A stretch of 64,000 nt of DNA. Origin: Porphyridium purpureum. Lineage: Eukaryota. Of the stretch, positions 1 through 9,900 are shown in pieces; position 1 is the first letter of the stretch; every line of letters begins with the position of its first letter. A program made the translations under genes and the position numbers. The stretch spans positions 682,001 through 746,000 of the forward strand of contig VRMN01000004.1 in NCBI GenBank assembly GCA_008690995.1, given 5' to 3'. Below the pieces are notes generated by a model, which did no database searches, was not told where the DNA came from, and saw only the letters and a list, made by a program, of their open reading frames with translations.

Positions 1-270
1 TCCCTGAACCGTCACTACTCGTAGAACCGCCTCCCTCATCCATCCACGCGGCGTGACGTTCCGTCTGTTGCGCAGGCACTTGCGGCGCGGCGCCCCGCAC
101 AGCCGTGGGTCTCGCGGCGCTCTGAGCCACCGCACTTGACCCAGACTTTCGCGGGCGGTCTCGCGGGTGCTTCCGCGGCCGCCCACGGGATGACGGGGCC
201 CCCAACCCGATTCGATCGTCTCTCTCCATACTCCTTGGCCCTGCTCCCTCTACCCCTCCTCAGTTCCGAC

Positions 271-705
271 TGTGTGAACTTCGTGCAAATGGGTCGAGCC
301 GAACGCACGCGAATGAACCTGCTGATGAGGAACAGGGCGCGCCAGAGCTTGCTGACGTGAAAGAGGGCGCACAGTAGTGTCGTGGCCCACAATGATTCGG
401 TTGTGCGACCGTCCAGGGGGTCGTGACGGGAACGGACGCAGAGTTTTTTGCGCCTGAGGGGGCGTTTTCTCGAGCGGACCGTTTTGGACAGAAAGGTATA
501 TAAAGTACGTTCGACAGGTGTTAGATTAGAGTGAGCCAAAATAAAGAGGGCACCGTTGACGAAGAAATAAGAGCCTACAAGGTGTTGAGAAGCTGCACAA
601 CGGTCCTTTGGCAGCAAAGAAGAACAGGAGGTGAGCACCGTGTGTGTACAGTCGACGGACTGTGACACGCGGTGCACACAGAGTGGGAAGGCGTTTCCTA
701 CAACA
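271..705 (+). repeat. Copia 5' LTR (435 bp)
   Basis: TGTGTGAACT...CCTACAACA; matches 5037-5471 with one substitution noticed (G394 vs A5160); TATATAAA near 497-504. Confidence 0.93.
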
Positions 706-733
706 ATCGCGATTTAAAGGGAAACGGAAGGAC

Positions 734-3700
734 ATGACGCAGACGCGCGGTGCTTTGCAACGTCGGAGGGATCAGCCGAGACAGAGCGGAATGCCAGATA
801 CGTCGTCGTCCGAGGAAGCAGAAGCAATGGGGTCGGGAACAGGAAGCCCACCAGGGTCTGTGGCGCAAGACGCTGGTGCGAGTGGTGCTGCAAGCATTGG
901 ACTTGCCTCGCAGACCGCCACACCAAGTGACGAGCACGCGCTTGCGGAATGGGAAGAACTGAAACGGTCGGTACTGGACTTGATGAGCGGACCAAGCTTG
1001 CTGGATGAATTTGCGTTGTCGGCGTCAAGGAAAATGATTGATGGCCTTTCGTGTGCAAAGCAGCGTGAAGTCGCTCTCTTCCTGAAACGTCAGGGAGGCT
1101 TGGACTTCGACAGCAACGAGCGGTACATTAACGTCTTGAAAAGAATGATACCTGATGATGACAGTGTGGCAAGTGGACGACTGGTTCGTGGGGTAGACCG
1201 TGGAGCGGCAACATTGGCGCGGTATCTGGAGAAAGCAACAAAGTTTGATGGGTCTGAGCACTGTGACATTCAGCTGTGTGAGCAAGACTTTCGAATGAAT
1301 TGCGACCTGGCGGGTGTGAATGCAGCGACCGCTTTGAGCGCGGTGCACATGGTCCTGGGAGGTGCCGCGCGCCAGTTATTTATAAAGGAGAGGAATCAGT
1401 TTGCGAGCATTGGCGACGTGTGGAAAAGGTTGCGTGAACGTTTTGTGGGTGAGGATCAGAAGGACAGTCTGGAGACTGCGTGGACAAACCTTTCGTTGGA
1501 CTCCTTCCGACGTGAGCACCCCGACGAGCCCGATACCAAGCTGCTGGAACGACTGATGGCCACCGCTACGACATTGCAGAATCAGCTGGACCGTGATTTG
1601 CAGAGCGATAAGAATCTGTTGATAACGTTGAAGCGGGCGGTCAAAGGAGAAAGCTTCAGCAGAGCGCTATGGTATAATCCGCCCAAGACAAGTCAGGAAG
1701 CGATCACGCGTCTCAAATTGGCGGCATCGGCGGAGCGGGTCGATAAAAGTGACACCTTCTGGACGGCGAATCGTTACGAGCGGAAGAAAAATCGGACAGG
1801 GCGAGACGGTAAGACCCTGAAATGCAACATTTGCTCGTCGGAGTGGCATCTCATGAGGGCGTGCCCGAAGGCCACAGTGGAGGACGATGTGAGACTGGCG
1901 GAGCTCTTGCGCGATACCACAGTAGACGAGGCCGAGAATGACGAGATGAGCGCGGACGCATCGGAGCGTGAAAAGGAGGCCAAAGCCTTTGACACTCATT
2001 TCGTGGATTCAGAGGATGAGGACGAAGTTGAGGTATTCTTCGCTACGAGCCGTGGTGCCAAGTTGAGTCGACAGACAATGTCGCTTTGTGTCGACACTGG
2101 AGCTCCACGCTCAGTGGTGGGCTTGCGGAGTTTGGAAGCCTACAAGAGGCGAAATCCAGTGCATATCAGAAAAGGCGAGCCGGTCAGCTTTCGCTTCGGC
2201 CAAACCGTGCTTGACTCGATCGGAGTCGTGCGGGTGCGGGTGCCAACAGATGACGCGGCTGGTATGGTGGAATTTGACTCGCATGTGGTGAATGACAAGA
2301 AGACGGACAAGGCGTTGCCATTCTTGATGGGTATGGATGCGCTGGAGGGCGTCACGCTCAGTGTAGGTGAGAAACCGACGCTGAAGTATCCGAATGGAGA
2401 CACTGTGACATTGACAAGGAAAAATGGACACCTAGTGTCACTCAATGACATTGAGTCATTCTATACCATGGTTGAGGCTACCAAGCTGCATCGACGCTTT
2501 GGTCATCTGACCGGAACGCGCGTCTTGGAGTTAGTCAAGAAAGCAGACCCGACGATGAACGAAGATGAACTGCGAGAGCTAGCCGAGAAATTGGGGCGGG
2601 CGAGAACGGAATGTCGAGTCTGTGAAGAGCAAGAGCAAAAGCCATTGCGCCCAGCAGTAGCCGCAAGATGGCCGGACGAGATTAGATTTAACCATACTGT
2701 AATAATGGATGTCATGTTCTCTGAGCGACCGAGTGACAAAGCAATCCTGCAAATGATATGCAAGGACACAGGATACACCCTCGCATGCTACGTTAATAGC
2801 AAGTCAGCCAAGGACGTGACTGCTGCGTTCCTCAAAGAATGGGTGACACACACGAGTGGATTGCCAGAGGTTGTGAAAGTAGATATGGGTACCGAGTTTG
2901 TGAACATGCATTTTGTGGCTATGATGAATTCTATGGGGGTGTGTGTGGAGACGGCCGGGATCGAAGGTGCGTGGCAGATGGGGCGTGGTGAGCAAGCGCA
3001 CGGGCCGCTGAAACAGATTCTCAACAAATTGAAGTCGGAGCGGAGCAGTAGTGGTCTTGGTGACGACGATGTACTTGGACTCGCAACCAAAGCCATGAAC
3101 GATTCAATGAACGCAGACGGTCTCGTACCGACTTTACTGGTGTTTGGATGCACGCCGCGTACGCCGATTGGTTCCAACATTATGGGATGCCCGGATCAGC
3201 GCGCGAGAATGGAAGTGATGCGGTTTGCAAGAACTGAGTACGAGGTCTTGATTGCGCGGCGTCGCCTGAGTATGGCTCTGTCCTCAAGGTACCCTGCCGA
3301 GCGAGTGATGAAGCCTGGTGATCGTGTCAAGGTCTACAGATTCCGCAGGCGCTTGTGGGAAGGACCCTATGCCCTGAAAGAGATTGACTACACATCGAAC
3401 GTGGCCGTGGTGGATGATAATGGAAAGAACCTCAAATTCTCCGTCGCTGTTGTTCGGCCATACCGAGAACCGGCGCACGGGTTTGATCGACCGGAGTCTG
3501 TGTATCTGGAACAGGGGCAGCCAGAGAAAGATGACGAAAGATGGGACGACGCGAAGCGCATTGAGCTAGAAGGCCTCGAACGCAGGCATGTGTGGGACCT
3601 GGTCCCCGCTGAGCAGGTGCCGCACGGAAGTGTAATCTTGCGCACGAAGTGGGTGTTGAAGGTGAAGCCAGACCGCATGAAAGCGCGCCTCACCGTACTT

Positions 3701-5143
3701 GGCAACATGGACAAGGATAAGGAACTCTTTGTGTCAAACGCACCTACTCTGAGAACGAGCTCTGTACGCATGATCTTAATGAGCAAAGCGGAGCGGAAAG
3801 ACTGGGACCTGTGGGTCGAAGACGCCGACCAGGCGTTTCTGCAATCCCTGTGGGAGCTGAATAGGGACATTTATGTAGTGCCGCCTCGAGAGTGGACTGC
3901 AGTAAATGCTTCTGGCGTTATGTGGAAACTGCGGTTACCTCTCTATGGATTGGTGGATGCGCCAACTTATTGGTCGAAAAGCATCTTGTCGATCCTGACG
4001 CAGACTGGTTTCTCCGTCAGTACTGATCCGTGTTTGTTCACTTGTGCGAAAGACGAAAAGGAGAGCGGTTTTGTTGGTGTGTACGTTGATGACCTGCTCT
4101 TGTGCGGAGACGAAGCACTGAAGCAGAAAGCCGCCCTTTTGGAAACACGAGTAGAGATGAAGCAGAGAATTTTCCTGCGTAGAGACAACGCCATCTCATT
4201 CGCTGGAATGCAAGTGCGCGAGGTCGAAGACGGTCTGACCATCAAACAAACGCCAATCGACGTTCTTGAAGCTCACGATTTCTCATCCTTAAGGTCACTA
4301 CGTGGTAAGTTGAGCTGGTTAGTGAATGGCACCAGAGCGGATCTAAACTACCTCTGCGCGCAATTGATGCAAGTAACAGACGTGACTTACGATCAGACGA
4401 GAGTAGACGAGCTACTCAAGAGGGTAAAAAAGGCGATGAGACATTGGGACGGATCCGTTCTAATACGAGGTCTTCGCGGCGAGGATACAACGGATCGGGC
4501 ACTGCGAATCGAAGTGTTTGCGGATGCCGCATTCGCAAATAACCAAGATCTTTCGAGTCAGCTGGGATACATTGTGTGCGTGGTCAACGACAACGGTCAT
4601 GCTGTACCCTTGCTGTGGGGATCCAAGAAGGCGAGAAGAATTACCCGCTCCGTCCTGGGTGCGGAAATCCTTGCCTTAGCTGAGGGTTTCGACGCTGGGA
4701 TCTTTATTCAAACAACGCTGCGAAGTATCGGGATGGACTTACCCCTGGGCCTGGTGACCGACAGCAGGTCCATATTCGATGCAATATCAACAGACAGACT
4801 TCCGGCGGAGAAAAGGCTTGCGCTGGATATTTCTGTCTTAAGAGAGGCTTTCAAGAATGAGGAAGTTGTGAGTATTAAGTGGGTGAGGTCGGAAGGAAAT
4901 CCAGCCGACGGACTTACAAAAGCGGAACCAAACAAGGCGCTACTTCGACTTCTGAAGGACGGTACAATTAACTTGGTGATCGAGCAGCAAATTAAGCAAT
5001 CAACCAGCGTTCGGCTCGCACAGAAAGAAGAGCGACTGTGTGAACTTCGTGCAAATGGGTCGAGCCGAACGCACGCGAATGAACCTGCTGATGAGGAACA
5101 GGGCGCGCCAGAGCTTGCTGACGTGAAAGAGGGCGCACAGTAG
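734..5143 (+). CDS. Copia gag-pol polyprotein
   Basis: First in-frame ATG at 734. Zinc knuckle CNICSSEWHLMRAC, protease VDTGA, integrase HHCC (LHRRFGH...CRVC) and D..D..E, RT DADQAFLQ / LYGL / YVDD, RNase H ...NPADGLTK. No internal stops. Confidence 0.95.
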   Translation: MTQTRGALQRRRDQPRQSGMPDTSSSEEAEAMGSGTGSPPGSVAQDAGASGAASIGLASQTATPSDEHALAEWEELKRSVLDLMSGPSLLDEFALSASRKMIDGLSCAKQREVALFLKRQGGLDFDSNERYINVLKRMIPDDDSVASGRLVRGVDRGAATLARYLEKATKFDGSEHCDIQLCEQDFRMNCDLAGVNAATALSAVHMVLGGAARQLFIKERNQFASIGDVWKRLRERFVGEDQKDSLETAWTNLSLDSFRREHPDEPDTKLLERLMATATTLQNQLDRDLQSDKNLLITLKRAVKGESFSRALWYNPPKTSQEAITRLKLAASAERVDKSDTFWTANRYERKKNRTGRDGKTLKCNICSSEWHLMRACPKATVEDDVRLAELLRDTTVDEAENDEMSADASEREKEAKAFDTHFVDSEDEDEVEVFFATSRGAKLSRQTMSLCVDTGAPRSVVGLRSLEAYKRRNPVHIRKGEPVSFRFGQTVLDSIGVVRVRVPTDDAAGMVEFDSHVVNDKKTDKALPFLMGMDALEGVTLSVGEKPTLKYPNGDTVTLTRKNGHLVSLNDIESFYTMVEATKLHRRFGHLTGTRVLELVKKADPTMNEDELRELAEKLGRARTECRVCEEQEQKPLRPAVAARWPDEIRFNHTVIMDVMFSERPSDKAILQMICKDTGYTLACYVNSKSAKDVTAAFLKEWVTHTSGLPEVVKVDMGTEFVNMHFVAMMNSMGVCVETAGIEGAWQMGRGEQAHGPLKQILNKLKSERSSSGLGDDDVLGLATKAMNDSMNADGLVPTLLVFGCTPRTPIGSNIMGCPDQRARMEVMRFARTEYEVLIARRRLSMALSSRYPAERVMKPGDRVKVYRFRRRLWEGPYALKEIDYTSNVAVVDDNGKNLKFSVAVVRPYREPAHGFDRPESVYLEQGQPEKDDERWDDAKRIELEGLERRHVWDLVPAEQVPHGSVILRTKWVLKVKPDRMKARLTVLGNMDKDKELFVSNAPTLRTSSVRMILMSKAERKDWDLWVEDADQAFLQSLWELNRDIYVVPPREWTAVNASGVMWKLRLPLYGLVDAPTYWSKSILSILTQTGFSVSTDPCLFTCAKDEKESGFVGVYVDDLLLCGDEALKQKAALLETRVEMKQRIFLRRDNAISFAGMQVREVEDGLTIKQTPIDVLEAHDFSSLRSLRGKLSWLVNGTRADLNYLCAQLMQVTDVTYDQTRVDELLKRVKKAMRHWDGSVLIRGLRGEDTTDRALRIEVFADAAFANNQDLSSQLGYIVCVVNDNGHAVPLLWGSKKARRITRSVLGAEILALAEGFDAGIFIQTTLRSIGMDLPLGLVTDSRSIFDAISTDRLPAEKRLALDISVLREAFKNEEVVSIKWVRSEGNPADGLTKAEPNKALLRLLKDGTINLVIEQQIKQSTSVRLAQKEERLCELRANGSSRTHANEPADEEQGAPELADVKEGAQ
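5022..5032 (+). other. Copia polypurine tract
   Basis: AGAAAGAAGAG, 4 nt before the 3' LTR. Confidence 0.7.
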
Positions 5144-5471
5144 TGTCGTGGCCCACAATAATTCGGTTGTGCGACCGTCCAGGGGGTCGTGACGGGAACG
5201 GACGCAGAGTTTTTTGCGCCTGAGGGGGCGTTTTCTCGAGCGGACCGTTTTGGACAGAAAGGTATATAAAGTACGTTCGACAGGTGTTAGATTAGAGTGA
5301 GCCAAAATAAAGAGGGCACCGTTGACGAAGAAATAAGAGCCTACAAGGTGTTGAGAAGCTGCACAACGGTCCTTTGGCAGCAAAGAAGAACAGGAGGTGA
5401 GCACCGTGTGTGTACAGTCGACGGACTGTGACACGCGGTGCACACAGAGTGGGAAGGCGTTTCCTACAACA
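5037..5471 (+). repeat. Copia 3' LTR (435 bp)
   Basis: Direct repeat of 271-705. Confidence 0.93.
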
Positions 5472-5540
5472 CGACTGTGCCATCGAGTGCACACAAACAA
5501 CTGTACTCAGGGATGTGAGGGTGTACACTTAATAGCAGTA

Positions 5541-5638
5541 AAGTGCGTCTCAAACAAATAGGACACTGCAAAATTTGTCTATTTTCATAGTAAATTATGA
5601 AATTTTACTGTGAAGACGTGTTTCGGAGGGGGAAACAG
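5541..5638 (+). repeat. Tc3-like left TIR, outer 98 bp (continues at 12877-12898)
   Basis: Reverse complement of 19500-19597 with two mismatches; contains outer DR CTCAAACAAATAGGACAC (5549-5566). Confidence 0.92.
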
Positions 5639-5823
5639 TGTCACGAACCGTGCTGGCCCAGGACACAGCGGCACACCCAACAGCAAGCCAAGCGGCACAC
5701 GCACGCACACAAGCTGGACAATCCACGCAACCAAGAGGAAACACAAGACACCCGCAGCCAACTGGACCTGCGGCAGGCAGGAAACCCGGAACCAACGACG
5801 CTCACGCACGCTGTTCACACGCA

Positions 5824-5950
5824 AACAGCCAAGAGCACCCACACACGGGACCGACAGAACCAACCAAGAGCAGACACACGGGAAAGACACAGCCAACCAA
5901 GAGCACACGCACGGAGCAGGCACAGCCAACCAAAAGCACACACACGGAAG
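5824..5950. repeat. ~33-bp degenerate tandem repeat (about 4 units) in G1 LTR; second copy at ~12014-12140
   Basis: Units like ACAGCCAACCAAGAGCACACGCACGG... Confidence 0.7.
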
Positions 5951-6227
5951 ACGCGCGTAACGGGGGAACCAGGCGTCCGCTGCCCAACCGGGATCCCGTT
6001 CGGCCACACCTTACGGTGATCCGGGACCCGGGGAGGCGTTGTGGGCAGCCGGGGTTAGCCGGAGGAGGTTGCCTCACCTTTCGGCTTCAAACGGCCTATC
6101 ACTCCTTTATCCGCCCCCGCCCACGTACCACCCCCGGATCCACTTCCGAACAAGGACCGTCTAATGACGCCTTACCCCAGGGCATCCGCGAACCTTCCCC
6201 GTTAAACCCCCCGCTCGCTCGCTCGCG

Positions 6228-6293
6228 CTGTACTCCCGCCGTACCCCCGCCGTACCCCCGCTGTACTCCCGCTGTACCCCCCCTGTACCCCCC
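6228..6293. repeat. 11-bp tandem repeat CYGTACYCCCG (6 units; 5 units in the other LTR)
   Basis: Direct reading of 6228-6293 versus ~12418-12471. Confidence 0.85.
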
Positions 6294-6695
6294 CTCCCTC
6301 AACAGGTACCCAAGGCCCGAACACGCTTCCTTGAATACACCTGTTTTTACTTAGATCCACCTTCACCCTTCTGTCTCCCGACCCCCCTCTCCCCTCCTTG
6401 GTTGCCGACCCGCGCGTCTTTTTATACCCATCGCGACCACTGTACCCCCGAGGTACAGTGCCTTGCTGTCGCTGAGTCTAGAACCTTCCAGAAGGTTCCA
6501 GCCACCGCCTGGCTGTACACCCATTCCATACTGGGTGGTCATCGCGCGTCTGGTCCCTAAGGGAAGGGGCCTTCAGGCCTACCACGCGCCCCCTTGTACA
6601 CCTACAGTACAGTGGGTCCGGCGCGACCAGGTATCCGGCCACGGACTATGGCTATTTTTAATCATTTCCTTAACACACGGGCTACTCCCGTGACA

Positions 6696-6708
6696 TCCCA
6701 CCCTCTCC
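6696..6708 (-). other. G1 polypurine tract
   Basis: GGAGAGGGTGGGA on the minus strand abutting the 3' LTR. Confidence 0.8.
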
Positions 6709-6934
6709 GCTTCCCAATGTCAGGTATCACATGGTCCGAAGCTTCCGGAGAGTCACTTCATACTTACAGCACATGCCAATGCTTGACGCGTCCGGCATCC
6801 ACGTCTCAAGCTCGATGTCGCCCGTGCACTGGCCATCGGCTTCGTGTGCCCGTCTTGGCATCGTAAGTACTCGAAGAGGACGTCCGTCCACGTGGCCCTC
6901 CACCCGGCCGGTGTGTCCGAGGTTCCGCCACTGG

Positions 6935-9900
6935 TCACGCGTCACGGTAGGCAGCCACCATCATTGGTGGCAATGCGAGCTCAGGTTCCCACGTATCCCC
7001 ACGTTTACCGAGTCCTCGCCATCTAACTCTGTACTCTCGGCGTCCGCCCACAACCCGATCCCCGGCTATAGCCTCTATAGCCCAGCTGCCGTCTTCTCCT
7101 TGCAAGACTTGGGATCCACTTGCCTCAAGGAGGTCCTTGTGGGCCCGAGCAAGCCGGTTCACGTGGACCAACTTCCCGTCAGGATGGCCTTCACTGCACA
7201 GTACTGCATGAACCCCGACCATTCTCAGGATGGATAGTGGTCCTACCCACGGCTTTTTCAGCTTGCGCCCTTCTCCTGAAGGCGGCGCCCAAACGTACAC
7301 CACGTCGCCCGGCTTGAAGTCATGTTCCCTGACTCGGCGATCATAGTTCTTCGTGTACCGATCCTGTGCGATCTTCGCATTCTTATTGGCAATGGCGTGA
7401 CATGCAGCAAGCTTCTTCGCGAGGTCATCTGCTTGTTCAACAGCTCTGGGTCCCGCCATACTTGCCCAGTCCCGCGCCGGCTCACCATACAACAGTTCAA
7501 ACGGAGACATCTTCGTGGATGCATGCCGGGCTGTATTATACGCATACACCATTACCGGCAACCAGCGATCCCAGTCTTTTCCGTTCGCACACACGTATGC
7601 CGACAACATTTGACACACTGTCTGGTTAAAGCGCTCCACAACCCCGTTCGTCTGCGGATGGTATGCTGTCGTAAGCATACGTCCTACACCCAGATTTTCA
7701 CACATTTTTGAAAGGATGTCGGCTACAAAGCCCGGTCCCCGGTCGGACAGCAGAGACTCTGGCGGTCCAAAATCGCACACCCAACCGTCTAGGAAAACAC
7801 GTGCCAGTGTAGCCGCAGTCTCATCCTTGACTGCATGGGCACGAACCCACTTTGTGAAGGCGTCCACCATGATTACCACTTTGCTGTGCCCGCGAGTTGT
7901 TGTCGGTGTGATACTCAGAACATCTATCGAGACAATCTCGAAACGTCTCACCGCGCGATAGACTTGCATGCGAGCCCTTCTCGGGGGCGCCTTTGTTTTC
8001 CTTGAAAAGCACTCATGGCAACAAAGAACAAACTGACGAACATCTTCCGTCCAACCGGTCCACCAGTATCGTGCATCCGAGACCCGCTTTGCAGTCTTTC
8101 CTATTCCAAGGTGCCCTGAAAGTGGCGTGCTGTGATACACATGCAGGACGCGCTGCACCAGAGCGTTTGGTATCACGACCCTGGACTCATCGCGAAGCAT
8201 AGCCCAGATGACTCCATCCTCATCAACGGTGTACTCCGGGTACGTGTATTCGGGCTTGTCTGCTTTCAGATTCTTCAACTGTTCCTGAATGTCCGTGTCG
8301 TCTGCGTATGCAGCCACGATCTCTTCCATCGAAGGTGGTGTGTACGCATCGTTCGCTCCTGTATGCTCGCCAGTATGAAGCAGCAGCTCTCGCACTCCGG
8401 CCGATGTGACAGGGACCATACCCCCATCGGCCCCCGAAGCTGGACCCTGAATCTCTTCCTGCAGCATTTCAGCCAACCGAACTACCCGCTTCACTTCCTC
8501 ATCCTCAACAGCATTCAGTCCAATGAGCTCGATTTCGCTCGTGTTGTTGAGAGTCTCAGACTTATTGCTCTCGCTCGCCACCCGAGCCTCTTCCTCATTC
8601 ATACGTACAGCTGGACGCGAAAGCGCATCTGCCACTGTATTCGCCTTGCCTGGATGATGCTGAACCTGGAAGTCGAAGTCCTGTACCTTGAGAATCCATC
8701 GCGCAATCCGACCTTGAGGCTCCTTTTGCCTCATGAGCCAGCTCAATGCGCTGTGGTCAGTCATGAGCACGAATCGTTTGCCGTACAAGTAATGCCTGAA
8801 GTGCTCCATGGCTGCAATGGCGGCCAAGCACTCCTTCTCCGTCACGGTATAGTTCTGCTCGGCCGGTCTCAGAAGCCTCGAGTAAAATGCCACTGGACGA
8901 TCGCCAGTGCCCTCCCTCTGCGTCAACATTGCTCCCAAGCCAGTGCTAGAAGCGTCTGTCCACAGCGTATGCTCTGCTTCTGGGTCGTATGCAGCCAAAA
9001 CCTTTCGATCTCCAGTTTCTGGATCACTGAGTGCTTCCCGAAGCGACAGAAGCGCCTGACTCTGAGGCTCACCAAATCGTGCCTGCCAATCCGCCGAGTT
9101 CATAGGGTATTTCTTCCACTTGCTTCCTTTGGCGTTGATTTGAAGGCCCTTCATAGCATCCCTAAGAGGCCTGCAGACTTCCTCAAATCCCTCGATAAAA
9201 TTGCGGAACCACCCCACGAGCCCAATGAACTGCTGCAGTTCCTTTGCATTCCTCGGCTCCTGCCATGCTCGCACAGCCTCCGTCTTCCTCTGGCTCGGCC
9301 TTATACCGTCCAGGCCGATATCATGTCCAAGAAACTCGACCCTTAAAGCCCCAAATCTGCACTTCGACAATGAGAACACCAAGCCCGCAGCGCAGAATTG
9401 CTCCAGCACCCGCTGCAGCGCTTGCAAGTGCTCTTCAAACGTCTTTGTCCCGATTGCCAAATCATCAATGTAAACCAATGCATTCAGGTACCTGAGCGGG
9501 CCCAGGACCGTATTTGTCAATCGCTGGAAGGTACTTGGGCTATTACAGCAACCCTGAGGTAATCGGCAGTATTGAAACAGCCCGTCCGGAGTGATAATCG
9601 CTGTCAATGGTCGGCTCTCGGGGGCCAGAGGGACCTGGAAGAAGCCATCCTTCAGATCCAGGATACTCTTGAACTTCCACGATGCAAACCAGTCGATCAT
9701 CTCTCCCACGTCCGGAATGGGATATCGATCTTTAACAGTCGCATCATTAAGCGTTCGGAAGTCTGTCGTCAGACGCCAGCCGCCATTCGGCTTCTTGACC
9801 ATGACATTCTGGCTCGACACATCTGACAAACTCGGCTCCAGCACTCCTCGGGCGACCAGCCCTTGCACCATCTCGCGCTCAGCCTGCGTCACCGCAGGAG

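Larger units (their letters stand above)
271..5471 (+). mobile_element. Full-length Ty1/Copia LTR retrotransposon (GalEa-like)
   Basis: Two 435-bp direct repeats (TG...CA) flank a single polyprotein ORF with gag-PR-IN-RT-RH order; CGAC lies on both sides (267-270, 5472-5475). RNase H region FADAAFANNQDLSSQLGY...RITRSVLGAE resembles GalEa-clade Copia (clade call from memory of the motif). Confidence 0.95.
5639..6695 (-). repeat. G1 3' LTR (1057 bp)
   Basis: Direct repeat of 11829-12872; adjacent to the PPT. Confidence 0.94.

Noticed and set aside
36..735. ORFs across the Copia LTR (and copies at 5000-5528)
   Set aside because: They overlap LTR sequence, have no motifs and recur only because the LTR is duplicated.
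6228..6293. Short repeat array as CRISPR or telomere
   Set aside because: Contiguous 11-mers without spacers, inside an LTR; no cas genes.
5585..6354. ORFs with repeated 11-aa units in the G1 LTR
   Set aside because: Translation artefacts of the ~33-bp CA-rich tandem repeat; open in several frames on both strands.
8132..9346. 404-aa antisense ORF in G1 pol
   Set aside because: Shadow ORF opposite RT/RNase H with no recognisable motifs.
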